DNA from: a virus
Virus record (IMG/VR): IMGVR_UViG_2547132060_000002
Location: 1 to 31,718 of that record
Reading direction: 5' to 3' (one strand)
Length of the DNA stretch: 31,718 nucleotides
Below are positions 1 to 8,041 of this stretch, one piece after another (position 1 is the first letter of the stretch; each line of letters opens with the position of its first letter). Made by a program: the position numbers and the translations under genes. The notes below the pieces were generated by a model, which was given only the letters and a program-made list of their open reading frames with translations, ran no database searches and was not told the DNA's origin.

Positions 1-1155
1 ATGAATATGAACGATGAAGAATTATTAAGAGAATTCGCAGTAGCTAGAAACCTCAAAGACACTACAAAAGAAAGCTACAAAATATACCTGAAAGAATACT
101 CCACATTCAACCAAAAAACCATACAAGAACTATTAACCGAAGCAGAATCAGAAGAAGAACAAGGCATAAGATGGAAACATAGAAAATTAAAACAAAGATT
201 ACTAAAATATAGAACATACCTATACTCAAAACATGCTCCATCAACAGCAAAAACCAGAATATCCAAATTAATGTCATTCTACAAACATTATGAAATAGAA
301 ATACATCAATTACCACCATTCAACAATAAAAACAACCAGGAAACACACATATCCTTCAAAGACCTGCCAGACAAAGACATTATTAAAAAAGCATTGAAAA
401 TTGCAAACCCTCTAATGCGAGCAATGATTCTATTCATGAGCAGCTCAGGATGTGCTAGAAGAGAAACCCTAAACTTAACTATCGCAGATTTTATAGAAGC
501 AACTAAACAATACCATAATTCAGAAGACATATACGAAGCATTAAACCAATTATCTAAATTAGATAATGTAATCCCCTCTTTTTATCTTAAAAGACAAAAA
601 ACCAACAAATTTTACACTACTTTTTGCAGTCCAGAAGCAGTAGAAGAAATCATCAATTACTTACTATCCTTAGATTATACATTAGAACCCTCACAAAAAC
701 TTTTCAAAGTCAATAATAGGCATTTTTACGTTTACTTTACAGAAATCAACGAAAGACTAAATTTAGGTACAGTAGGGCATCACAAACGTTTCCGTTCACA
801 TATGCTAAGAAAATTCCATGCAAGCCAGTTATATAATGACGGTATGAGTCTTGAAGATGTAGATAGTCTACAAGGAAGAGGAAAAGACTCCACCCATAGC
901 AGTTACTTTATGGATGATCCAAAAAAATTAAAGAAAAAATACATTGAACATCTTGATGTACTTACAATAAATCTTGATGTGAATAATATTAATATTAAAT
1001 CTCCAGAATTTGTGAAATTAGAAGCAGAAAATCGTGAAAAAGATGAAAAAATAGAAAATTATGAGAAATTAATTGAGGATATTGATGGAAGATTGCAAAG
1101 TTTGGAAAAAAGAAGTAGTGTCGAAGTTCGCAGTTATGATGATTTGTGGAAATAG
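1..1155 (+). CDS. Tyrosine recombinase / integrase (XerC/D superfamily)
   Basis: Catalytic motifs SSGCARRE (R), RQKT (K), SHMLRKFH (HxxR), LQGR, HSSYF (Y); N-terminal SAM-like core-binding domain; C-terminal coiled coil. Confidence 0.95.
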   Translation: MNMNDEELLREFAVARNLKDTTKESYKIYLKEYSTFNQKTIQELLTEAESEEEQGIRWKHRKLKQRLLKYRTYLYSKHAPSTAKTRISKLMSFYKHYEIEIHQLPPFNNKNNQETHISFKDLPDKDIIKKALKIANPLMRAMILFMSSSGCARRETLNLTIADFIEATKQYHNSEDIYEALNQLSKLDNVIPSFYLKRQKTNKFYTTFCSPEAVEEIINYLLSLDYTLEPSQKLFKVNNRHFYVYFTEINERLNLGTVGHHKRFRSHMLRKFHASQLYNDGMSLEDVDSLQGRGKDSTHSSYFMDDPKKLKKKYIEHLDVLTINLDVNNINIKSPEFVKLEAENREKDEKIENYEKLIEDIDGRLQSLEKRSSVEVRSYDDLWK

Positions 1156-1398
1156 AATTTTTTGGAGCATTTGAAAAGTAATGCGGATATTATACAATTT
1201 GATAATGTTTTGTGTTTTTGTTTGAACACGAAAATTTAAAACCATTGTGTTTTATTTTTTAATGCTGAACAAAAAATTACTAATTAATTAAAATTACTGA
1301 ACAATTGTTTTTTATCTTAAAAACATGGTTGAATAAAAATATTTAAATAAAACCAAAAACTAAAATAAAAAACAAGAAAAAAAATTGATGTGATAAAA

Positions 1399-1878
1399 AT
1401 GAATGCTCGAAAAATAATTACAGTATTCATATTCTTAATAATTGCAACAAGCACAATATCATTAGTAAGTGCAACAGCACCAGCACGATTAAATGCAACA
1501 ACTGATGATACTATAACTTATTTTGGATATGATACTGCACCTGGAAAAGCAGGATACAATTACGGAATAGAAATCGGTGATGACACATACTATTTTGACT
1601 GGTTCGGTGAAATGATCATGTCAGAATATAGTCCAATGTTTAGTCAAGTATCTAATTATGATTTATCCAAAATGGATAATGATGTAGACATAAAAAATGC
1701 TTTTGGAAATACTGTAGGTGGTTTAAAATACGATACAAATGACAATGAATTCTTTGATTTTAAAGTAGATAAACCATTCAGTTTCACATGGCATGGTGGA
1801 GAACAAGTAGGATTAAATGATGATGCAAAAGTCATAGATAAAATTTATGATAGTAATGGGAAAGAATTAAAACTGTAA
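1399..1878 (+). CDS. Exported or membrane-anchored protein (possible superinfection-exclusion / lysogenic conversion gene)
   Basis: Basic then hydrophobic signal-peptide-like N-terminus (MNARKIITVFIFLIIATSTISLVSA), acidic soluble remainder; sits next to the integrase; ATG 1399 preferred over GTG 1390. Confidence 0.7.
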   Translation: MNARKIITVFIFLIIATSTISLVSATAPARLNATTDDTITYFGYDTAPGKAGYNYGIEIGDDTYYFDWFGEMIMSEYSPMFSQVSNYDLSKMDNDVDIKNAFGNTVGGLKYDTNDNEFFDFKVDKPFSFTWHGGEQVGLNDDAKVIDKIYDSNGKELKL

Positions 1879-1896
1879 AAAAAGGATTTGTGTAAA

Positions 1897-1940
1897 GTAT
1901 GTAGGGGGTCACAGAAGCGCCAACTTCTCATCCCTAATAC
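1897..1940 (+). other. Stem-loop with CGCCAA loop
   Basis: GTAT-g-TAGGGG...AGAAG-CGCCAA-CTTCT...TCCCTA-ATAC; lies between convergent genes. Confidence 0.5.
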
Positions 1941-2068
1941 TGGCTACAAATAAAAAAAAGTCTACTACCAAATGTGACAAAATTTTTAGTAACCATTTTA
2001 ACTTTTTGTTTGAAGTTATATTAAAATGTTTACTAATTTTTTAAGATTTTTTAAAAAAATAAGAAAGG

Positions 2069-2236
2069 TTATTCTTTTTTTAATTTTAGCTGGATAATTT
2101 CTGGATTTTGAGGATCCCATTCCCAAATTACTTCCGCACGTTCAGAGATTTTCAATAAGTTTACAAACACTGAGGGGATTGTTGTAACAAGAGAAGCTCC
2201 CTGTGGTCTTACCTTAGTATTATATTGCATTTTCAT
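2069..2236 (-). CDS. AbrB/MazE/SpoVT-type DNA-binding protein, 55 aa (absent from the ORF track)
   Basis: MKMQYNTKVRPQGASLVTTIPSVFVNLLKISERAEVIWEWDPQNPEIIQLKLKKE fits the swapped-hairpin pattern KVxxxGxSLxxTIP...LxIxxxxxVxW; GAGGT RBS upstream on the minus strand. Confidence 0.82.
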   Translation of the reverse strand: MKMQYNTKVRPQGASLVTTIPSVFVNLLKISERAEVIWEWDPQNPEIIQLKLKKE

Positions 2237-2275
2237 AACCTCTTTTTTGTTGTTTTATGTATATATTTATGTGCT

Positions 2276-2394
2276 TTTATTATATATATTAGTTACTACT
2301 ATAATTACATAAAGGTTACATAATAGTAACATTTATATATTCTAAAGTTCAAGTATTAAATAGAAGTTGAACTTCAAGAGCGCCAAATCTTGAA
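2276..2394. promoter_or_regulatory. Divergent promoter/operator region (candidate lysis-lysogeny switch)
   Basis: TATA-like TTTATATA 2332-2339 (rightward) and TATATATA about 2281-2288 (leftward); between them GTTACTA/TAGTAAC inverted repeat (2292-2298, 2324-2330) and TTACATAA direct repeat (2305-2312, 2316-2323); AAGTTCAA/TTGAACTT inverted repeat (2345-2352, 2367-2374). Confidence 0.6.
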
Positions 2395-2431
2395 AAAAAA
2401 TACAACTTTAAAAAATCCAAATGTGATAAAA

Positions 2432-2587
2432 ATGACATATATCGTAGAAGAGATTGTCACTCCAGGTTACATTATTGACCGTGGAATATATGACAATCCA
2501 AAGGATGCCCAGTATCGGGCAATGGAAATCTTCGTAAATGAAGGTATTATTGAAGAAAATATTAAAATAAGGGAGGTTCCCTTATGA
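2432..2587 (+). CDS. Small hypothetical early protein
   Basis: First ORF of a translationally coupled chain; ATG 2432 preferred over TTG 2390. Confidence 0.65.
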   Translation: MTYIVEEIVTPGYIIDRGIYDNPKDAQYRAMEIFVNEGIIEENIKIREVPL

Positions 2588-2760
2588 ACGCATTCACTTT
2601 TAAAGGGGTTACTTATGAAGTGATCCCTAACGGTAATCATTTTACCGTAGTGAATGAAGATGGGTTCGCAATGGTAGGTGTCAAAAAGGAGTCTGATGCT
2701 GAAAAGGCTCTTAAAGAGCACGTCCTCCATTGTGAGGAATTATATAGGAGGAATCTATAA
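2584..2760 (+). CDS. Small hypothetical early protein, 58 aa (not in ORF track)
   Basis: ATGA overlap with the previous stop, GGAGG RBS; MNAFTFKGVTYEVIPNGNHFTVVNEDGFAMVGVKKESDAEKALKEHVLHCEELYRRNL. Confidence 0.7.
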   Translation: MNAFTFKGVTYEVIPNGNHFTVVNEDGFAMVGVKKESDAEKALKEHVLHCEELYRRNL

Positions 2761-2910
2761 ATGTCCTCTTTAACTATTTTTAAAGGAACTCCTTCTGAAA
2801 GGGAAGTCACTTCTGAAGAGGTAGAGAATCTTTATAAGCATGCTTTAGATGCTTTTGATGAATTAAATGTTTATAAAGAGGTCCATGAGAAATGGGGTGT
2901 TCAGTTATGA
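2761..2910 (+). CDS. Small hypothetical early protein, 49 aa (not in ORF track)
   Basis: Abuts the previous stop, GGAGG RBS; MSSLTIFKGTPSEREVTSEEVENLYKHALDAFDELNVYKEVHEKWGVQL. Confidence 0.65.
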   Translation: MSSLTIFKGTPSEREVTSEEVENLYKHALDAFDELNVYKEVHEKWGVQL

Positions 2911-3080
2911 GTTACAAATACAACAACTCAATGCACACTATAGAACCTGAAGAGGTTGATGTTTGCTTCGATGAATTTGAACAACTCCTCCTCAGTGAGG
3001 ATTATGAGTCACAAGAAGAACTCACCAATGAGCAAATGTTAGAATTTGCTCGGGCAGGAGATGAATATTATGGTGACTAG
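2907..3080 (+). CDS. Small, very acidic early protein
   Basis: ATGA overlap with the previous stop; 17 D/E versus 2 K/R in 57 aa. Confidence 0.7.
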   Translation: MSYKYNNSMHTIEPEEVDVCFDEFEQLLLSEDYESQEELTNEQMLEFARAGDEYYGD

Positions 3081-3393
3081 TGAAGAAATCACTAATATAT
3101 TCACTAGTCTGGGATATGGTGGATGTTTCAACATTTATGATATCCCTGGTGCTGGTACAAAAGCAGCATATGACACTCCATGTGGGAGCATCGCTTTCAC
3201 AAGGGAATTAAACAAGTATGATGCTTGTGTGAAACATATGAGGCACACTACCAGCATTGTGGTGTTTAACTGGGATTATATTGGAAAAGCAGCTTTGAAA
3301 CTCTTAAACAAAACTTTCCGTTGTTTTTCTGGAGTACCATATGAAAGGAAAACATATTCATGGGAAGAATGGGGTGAAGCATGTATCGCATAA
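3070..3393 (+). CDS. Hypothetical protein
   Basis: ORF in the coupled chain; ATG 3070 preferred over 3046. Confidence 0.7.
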   Translation: MVTSEEITNIFTSLGYGGCFNIYDIPGAGTKAAYDTPCGSIAFTRELNKYDACVKHMRHTTSIVVFNWDYIGKAALKLLNKTFRCFSGVPYERKTYSWEEWGEACIA

Positions 3394-3587
3394 TCCTTTC
3401 ACTCCTTTCTTTTTTTGGAGGACATAAATCATCTCCTGTAAGATTGTATCCGAAACAATCTTTCAGGGAGAAATATGAAGCTGAATTAATATTAGGTGCA
3501 GGGGCAATGGTGATAATATTATTATTCCTCTTTGCATTCCTTGTAGTAGGGCCTATGGATCCTTACACTAACGGAGGGTTAGTATGA
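3381..3587 (+). CDS. Small membrane protein
   Basis: Hydrophobic segment LILGAGAMVIILLFLFAFLVVG; GGGGTGA RBS. Confidence 0.7.
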   Translation: MYRIILSLLSFFGGHKSSPVRLYPKQSFREKYEAELILGAGAMVIILLFLFAFLVVGPMDPYTNGGLV

Positions 3588-3639
3588 ATTATGATCAGCA
3601 AACAGGTTTTACAATCATGCCTTAAAAATTGTTGAAAAA

Positions 3640-3882
3640 ATGGGTGGAGATATTTCTGCCCACGGAAAATTACAAGAGGGTGTTTTCTTATCTGTAAGTG
3701 TGAATCATGACCGCACTTATGAGAAAACACGTGATATTATGGAGGCCTTACAGGAACTGTATGGGGGTGAAATCCAGTATTATGAATACTGGGTGTCAAA
3801 AGGTTTCATTCCACATAGTCAGGCCTCTTTGGAGAATATTGATGAAAACAAAGTATTGGAGATTATTGAGGAGGAATTTTAA
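3640..3882 (+). CDS. Hypothetical protein (true start possibly 3584 across a frameshift)
   Basis: Open frame from 3595; coupled to the next gene by TAATG overlap. Confidence 0.65.
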   Translation: MGGDISAHGKLQEGVFLSVSVNHDRTYEKTRDIMEALQELYGGEIQYYEYWVSKGFIPHSQASLENIDENKVLEIIEEEF

Positions 3883-4136
3883 TGGAGCAAGAAATATTTA
3901 CTGAAGAAATCATAAACAAAAAAGAGTTAATTTCAGAATTACATGAGATGGCTAATTTTTTAGACTCTCAGATAGATACTAAAAATCCAGAGGATTTAAA
4001 TTCATTTTTTAGCATGGTTATAGATTGTATAATGGCACGCCAAAGGCTATTAGTTAAAGCATTGATGGAAGAGTTATGTGCTGAAAAAGATATAGATTAC
4101 TCTGCATTTATGAGGGGTCTATATCGTGAAAAATGA
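3882..4136 (+). CDS. Hypothetical protein
   Basis: TAATG overlap and GAGGAGG RBS. Confidence 0.7.
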   Translation: MEQEIFTEEIINKKELISELHEMANFLDSQIDTKNPEDLNSFFSMVIDCIMARQRLLVKALMEELCAEKDIDYSAFMRGLYREK

Positions 4137-4191
4137 ATAACATTATGAGTTTAATAGGAAAGATGTTGTAAAAAAAGGGGGTTATTTTTTT

Positions 4192-4803
4192 ATGACTATA
4201 TATCAGAAAATTGCAGGGATTCAAAAGAATCTCCTGCATAAAGAATTACCTAAAAGTGGGTACAATAAATTTGGAAAATTCAAGTACTATGAATTGGAGG
4301 ATATTTTGCCTGCAATATTCAGTGAATGTTATGAACAGGAGTTATTCATTGAGTTTTCATTTACAAATGATTTAGCTCAGTTGAAAATTAGAAATTGGAA
4401 TGAACCTGGTGAATCTGTTATCACCAGTGTTCCTATGCCTGAAATAGTTGCTTTAAATAAAGGTATGAATGTAATGCAAAGTGAAGGTAGTTACATTACT
4501 TACTTAAAAAGATATTTATTAGTGAATTTGTTTCTAATTGTTGAAAAAGATGTTGTGGATTCTGATAATGTTAAACATGCTGCTTCTAAGAGTAGTTCTG
4601 CAAGAACTGAGAAAGTTGAGGCTACTGGTGCTGTGCAGAAAATCCGCGAGTATATTCATAAAAAAGACAGTTCACTGGAAATAACTCCATCTATGATTAA
4701 TACTCATAGAATGAAGTTATTCAAAGATGGTGAACTGACCAAAGCTGAAAACAAAGAAGCATATAATTGGTTTAAAAACCAGGAAAAAGAGGTTGCTGTT
4801 TAA
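4192..4803 (+). CDS. erf: ERF-family single-strand annealing recombinase
   Basis: IYQKI..IQ, KSGYNKFGKFKYYELEDI and QSEGSYITYLKRYLL...D ERF signatures. Confidence 0.88.
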   Translation: MTIYQKIAGIQKNLLHKELPKSGYNKFGKFKYYELEDILPAIFSECYEQELFIEFSFTNDLAQLKIRNWNEPGESVITSVPMPEIVALNKGMNVMQSEGSYITYLKRYLLVNLFLIVEKDVVDSDNVKHAASKSSSARTEKVEATGAVQKIREYIHKKDSSLEITPSMINTHRMKLFKDGELTKAENKEAYNWFKNQEKEVAV

Positions 4804-4805
4804 TT

Positions 4806-5000
4806 ATGGAACCTGAGGTAGAAATAATATTCATACAATTCCAGGCATCGGGAAATACTGGATCCAATACTGTAAACTGGGACAGTATGGATGGTTGGTG
4901 GTGTAGTTGTGAAGATTATTTCTACCGTCATCAAAAAGTAGGGAATTATAAATGCAAACATATTAAAAAAGCAGAAAAAATGTTAGGTGTAAGAGTATGA
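4806..5000 (+). CDS. SWIM zinc-finger protein
   Basis: WWCSCEDYFYR...KCKHI fits the CxC...CxH SWIM pattern. Confidence 0.82.
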   Translation: MEPEVEIIFIQFQASGNTGSNTVNWDSMDGWWCSCEDYFYRHQKVGNYKCKHIKKAEKMLGVRV

Positions 5001-5257
5001 ATACTCAGGATAATTTCCCTGAAGTGGTTTCTGGTAGGATTACTACAAGGGCGAAAAAGTTAATGGAAAAGTATGGTTTAACTGTACGTTTCTGCATTGA
5101 ACATTGCATTGATATGTATGTGAGCAAACAAAATCAAAGGGTAATTGAAAAGGACCAGTTAAAAGAGGAAATCAGGTCTTTAAAATTAGATTTGATTGCA
5201 AAGGAAATGCAATTAGAAACTGTTATGAAAGAATTAGGTGATGATGGCAATGAGTGA
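4997..5257 (+). CDS. Ribbon-helix-helix (CopG-like) protein with C-terminal coiled coil
   Basis: VVSGRITTRAKKLMEKYGLTVRFCIEHCID beta-alpha-alpha pattern, then heptad repeats. Confidence 0.55.
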   Translation: MNTQDNFPEVVSGRITTRAKKLMEKYGLTVRFCIEHCIDMYVSKQNQRVIEKDQLKEEIRSLKLDLIAKEMQLETVMKELGDDGNE

Positions 5258-5669
5258 AAAAATACAGGTTTCATTCATGGTTGATTCTGAAGTATGGAGG
5301 GAAGCTAAAAACAAACTGGGGACAACCAGAAGTGAGTTTTTAGAAGAGCAGTTAAGATTAGCTATTGATTTATCTGAAGATGAGGAAAACAGTTTGAGAA
5401 AAGAGATAGCTGAGTTGCAAAATGAGATTAATGCTCGTGAATCAAGATTATGTAAGATTCGTGCTGAGCGTTTAGAACATGAAAGGAGTGTAAATGTTTT
5501 TGATGGTGTGATGGGTACAGTTAATAGGATTGTGGATAAGGCTGGTTTTATTGGGAAAGATCAGTTGAAGAATATTAGTAAGCAGCAGGAAGTTCCGTAT
5601 AAGTCATTGTTGGATCATGTTTATGATTTGGGTTATGATGTTCGGAATTATGGTTTGGTGATAAAATGA
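5238..5669 (+). CDS. RHH-like DNA-binding protein with coiled coil (start may be 5241-5250)
   Basis: IQVSFMVDSEVWREAKNKLGTTRSEFLEEQL RHH pattern; LRKEIAELQNEINARESRL coiled coil. Confidence 0.6.
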   Translation: MMMAMSEKIQVSFMVDSEVWREAKNKLGTTRSEFLEEQLRLAIDLSEDEENSLRKEIAELQNEINARESRLCKIRAERLEHERSVNVFDGVMGTVNRIVDKAGFIGKDQLKNISKQQEVPYKSLLDHVYDLGYDVRNYGLVIK

Positions 5670-5670
5670 T

Positions 5671-5798
5671 TTGTAAACATTTATGTTTACATTTTTCCGA
5701 AGAACCTGTAGGAAACCACGTACGTGCACGTACGTACGTACGTATACGTACGTAATTCACTATAAATATTTTTTAAATTGTAAACATTTATGTTTACA
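5671..5798. repeat. Palindrome array: two identical TGTAAACA-N4-TGTTTACA sites flanking two tandem 18-bp ACGT palindromes
   Basis: TTGTAAACATTTATGTTTACA at 5671-5691 and 5778-5798; ACGTACGTGCACGTACGT 5718-5735; ACGTACGTATACGTACGT 5736-5753. Confidence 0.95.
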
Positions 5799-5848
5799 AA
5801 TTTTTTTTAAATAAAAAAATATTAAAAAAATGAGGATGGAAGATTTTT

Positions 5849-6100
5849 ATGATTGATAAAAAGTTGTTAATGAATTCAATTAAAGCAGAAACGGAAGAAC
5901 TTGCAAATCAAAGGGTTAAAATTCATAAAGACTGCATGAATAATCTAAGAGATATGAATTATTCTCGGGTTATAATGGATAGTATTAATCTTCATGTTAT
6001 TGAGGGGGGTATTCGTATATTTAATGATTTGAGTGAAATGATTGAAGAGGGTAACTTCGATCTGAAAATTCAAAATGGAGGGAATCATGAATCCGAGTAA
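5849..6100 (+). CDS. Hypothetical protein
   Basis: 83-aa ORF, first gene after the palindrome array. Confidence 0.7.
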   Translation: MIDKKLLMNSIKAETEELANQRVKIHKDCMNNLRDMNYSRVIMDSINLHVIEGGIRIFNDLSEMIEEGNFDLKIQNGGNHESE

Positions 6101-6224
6101 TTGGTTTAAAAATGCAGTTGAAACAGTGAGAAAGCATAAGCGGGAGTATCTGTTAAGTAAGTATGGTGTAGCGGAACCATCTCAAAGACAACCAGTCAGG
6201 AATAAAAAGGAGATCCAAAAATGA
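6087..6224 (+). CDS. Small basic hypothetical protein, 45 aa (not in ORF track)
   Basis: GGAGGG RBS; ATGA overlap with the next ORF. Confidence 0.55.
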   Translation: MNPSNWFKNAVETVRKHKREYLLSKYGVAEPSQRQPVRNKKEIQK

Positions 6225-6397
6225 GTTTTAATGATATACTTGATGAATTAAAGAAGAAAGGAATTATGTCTGATGAAGGACTAATTGATTCTTATCTGTT
6301 CTGTAAACATGTTGAAGAATTATTTGGAAAATCATATTTAAAAGAACATAATATAGTGGTGGATGATGATAAAAAAGAAGTAAAACTATGTAAATAA
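6221..6397 (+). CDS. Small hypothetical protein, 58 aa (not in ORF track)
   Basis: ATGA overlap, AGGAG RBS; MSFNDILDELKKKGIMSDEGLIDSYLFCKHVEELFGKSYLKEHNIVVDDDKKEVKLCK. Confidence 0.6.
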   Translation: MSFNDILDELKKKGIMSDEGLIDSYLFCKHVEELFGKSYLKEHNIVVDDDKKEVKLCK

Positions 6398-6414
6398 AAT
6401 GAGGGGGATAAAAA

Positions 6415-6768
6415 ATGAAAACATTAGAATTTAAACCGTATTTCTTTGAACCTTTAAGAAGTATGGAAAAAAGGGCCACAATAAGGAAATCTGATAAAGG
6501 ATTGAAAAAAGAGGATATTGTAGAATGTACAGTTAAAGGAAGCATTTTTTGCCTGCATCGAATAGTGCGAAGAGTTGAAGAGGTAAGATTTAAAGATTTA
6601 AATGAGAGGCATGCTTGGTTTGAAGGGTATAAGCATGTTGCTTTGTTGAAACATGAGTTAAGAAATATTTATCCTGATATATGTGATGATACTGTTTTGT
6701 TTCAGATTCTATTGGACATACCAACAAGGGGAGTAATTGATTTAAGATTCAGAGAGGAGTATCAATAA
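6415..6768 (+). CDS. ASCH (PUA-like) domain protein
   Basis: LEFKPYFFEPLRSMEKRATIR (GxKxxTxR variant), V+FKDL...HAWFEGY, L..IYP pattern. Confidence 0.75.
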   Translation: MKTLEFKPYFFEPLRSMEKRATIRKSDKGLKKEDIVECTVKGSIFCLHRIVRRVEEVRFKDLNERHAWFEGYKHVALLKHELRNIYPDICDDTVLFQILLDIPTRGVIDLRFREEYQ

Positions 6769-7545
6769 ATGTATTTTTATGAAATAGAAGTCTATTACCC
6801 ATTATGGGATAGTGAAAAGATTATAATGAGGCATGATGATCGTTTTGATAATCATCAGTTGAATATTATTGTACAGGAAGCATTTGATGAATGTATAGAA
6901 ACATATTGTGATAAACCATTATTAGAAGATGGTGAGGAAGCTTGTAGAATTAAAGTTAGCACCATTATTGAAGAGTATCTTCCATTACAATTAAAAAATC
7001 ATGGATTTAAGATTATTAAAATCTATGAAACTTGTTCAATAATGGGTGGGAGATTATTTGATAAAGGAGTATGTAATTCTGTATTAAAAAACAGATACGA
7101 GGATAAGATACTTCCTCCCTGCCGAAAATGTATAAGAAAAGAATATGTTGGGGATGTGGAGAAGTGTATTGTACCTAATACACGAAAAGATAATAGTCTA
7201 CCTACTACTCGTGTTGTGAAAACAATACCTATCAACTTAAATGAAAAAGAAACAGATGAAACCAACATAAAAACACTAAAAACCTACTTTAACAAAAGAA
7301 ATAAATCATTCGAAGACAAAAAAACAGCAGCCGAAGCCACCAACAACATCATTCTCAACAATAATAATATAAGAGATTTCTGGGTAGAATGGGGAACAAT
7401 AAAAGAAGGAATACATAAAAAAGACATCTTATGCTTTTTTGACACAGACACCGATGAAGAAAAATTTAAAAATCTGTTTATAAATTATGGATTTATTCTC
7501 CAAAAAAGCAAACATGGTTTTTGGATAATTGGAGTGAAAGAATGA
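6769..7545 (+). CDS. Hypothetical protein
   Basis: 258-aa ORF abutting the ASCH gene; contains a CxxC...C cluster. Confidence 0.8.
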   Translation: MYFYEIEVYYPLWDSEKIIMRHDDRFDNHQLNIIVQEAFDECIETYCDKPLLEDGEEACRIKVSTIIEEYLPLQLKNHGFKIIKIYETCSIMGGRLFDKGVCNSVLKNRYEDKILPPCRKCIRKEYVGDVEKCIVPNTRKDNSLPTTRVVKTIPINLNEKETDETNIKTLKTYFNKRNKSFEDKKTAAEATNNIILNNNNIRDFWVEWGTIKEGIHKKDILCFFDTDTDEEKFKNLFINYGFILQKSKHGFWIIGVKE

Positions 7546-7730
7546 AAGAAGGGATATTAATTGAATTGTTGAAAAAAGTATCTCCAGATACAGAGGGAAT
7601 GTGCCGTATCACAACAGATGACCTTGCACAATTAACAAATATGACTGTTGTGGACATTGAGGCTCTCGAAAAATACGAGGCATTTGTTTTAGAAACAAAG
7701 ATGAGAATGATGAATATTGTAGATTATTAA
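7542..7730 (+). CDS. Small hypothetical protein (possible HTH)
   Basis: ATGA overlap; CRITTDDLAQLTNMT resembles a wHTH start. Confidence 0.55.
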   Translation: MKEGILIELLKKVSPDTEGMCRITTDDLAQLTNMTVVDIEALEKYEAFVLETKMRMMNIVDY

Positions 7731-7754
7731 TAAAAAAAAGTAGGAGTAATAAAA

Positions 7755-7901
7755 ATGATTAGAGAATGTATACATTGTAAAAAATCAAGAGGTTTGGGTT
7801 CTGATGTTTGGTGCAGTGAAGGACATCCTTATGAATCTTATATGCGTGAAACAGAATGCCCATATTTTGAAATAAACAGGAGGGTCAATAAAAATGAATA
7901 A
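7755..7901 (+). CDS. Small Cys/His-rich, probably Zn-binding protein, 48 aa (not in ORF track)
   Basis: AGGAG RBS; MIRECIHCKK...WCSEGH...ECPYF. Confidence 0.65.
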   Translation: MIRECIHCKKSRGLGSDVWCSEGHPYESYMRETECPYFEINRRVNKNE

Positions 7902-8040
7902 GGAAGAAATTAATAAATTAACACAAAAGATTGAGTCTTGTTGGGATGAGAATAATCCTGGTGATGTAAGAAGTTTTGATGAAAGGTTAAAACAGAAGTT
8001 AACTCCTGAGGAGTATGAGTTAGTAACCAGTTGGAGATAA
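7894..8040 (+). CDS. Small hypothetical protein, 48 aa (not in ORF track)
   Basis: GGAGG RBS; stop abuts the next start. Confidence 0.6.
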   Translation: MNKEEINKLTQKIESCWDENNPGDVRSFDERLKQKLTPEEYELVTSWR

Positions 8041-8041
8041 T

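Noticed and set aside
1153-1240. In-frame continuation after the integrase TAG (pyrrolysine or readthrough)
   Set aside because: Only about 28 open codons in AT-rich DNA, no Pyl machinery here, and the other genes give no sign of recoding
5718-5753. ACGT tandem tract as a CRISPR mini-array
   Set aside because: No spacers of 25-45 nt between repeats; only two 21-bp flanking copies; no cas genes
7240-7500. Shift to A/C-rich composition inside the 258-aa ORF as a recombination junction
   Set aside because: Visual impression only; similar A/C-rich stretches occur elsewhere (1-600, 10310-10860); needs a skew plot
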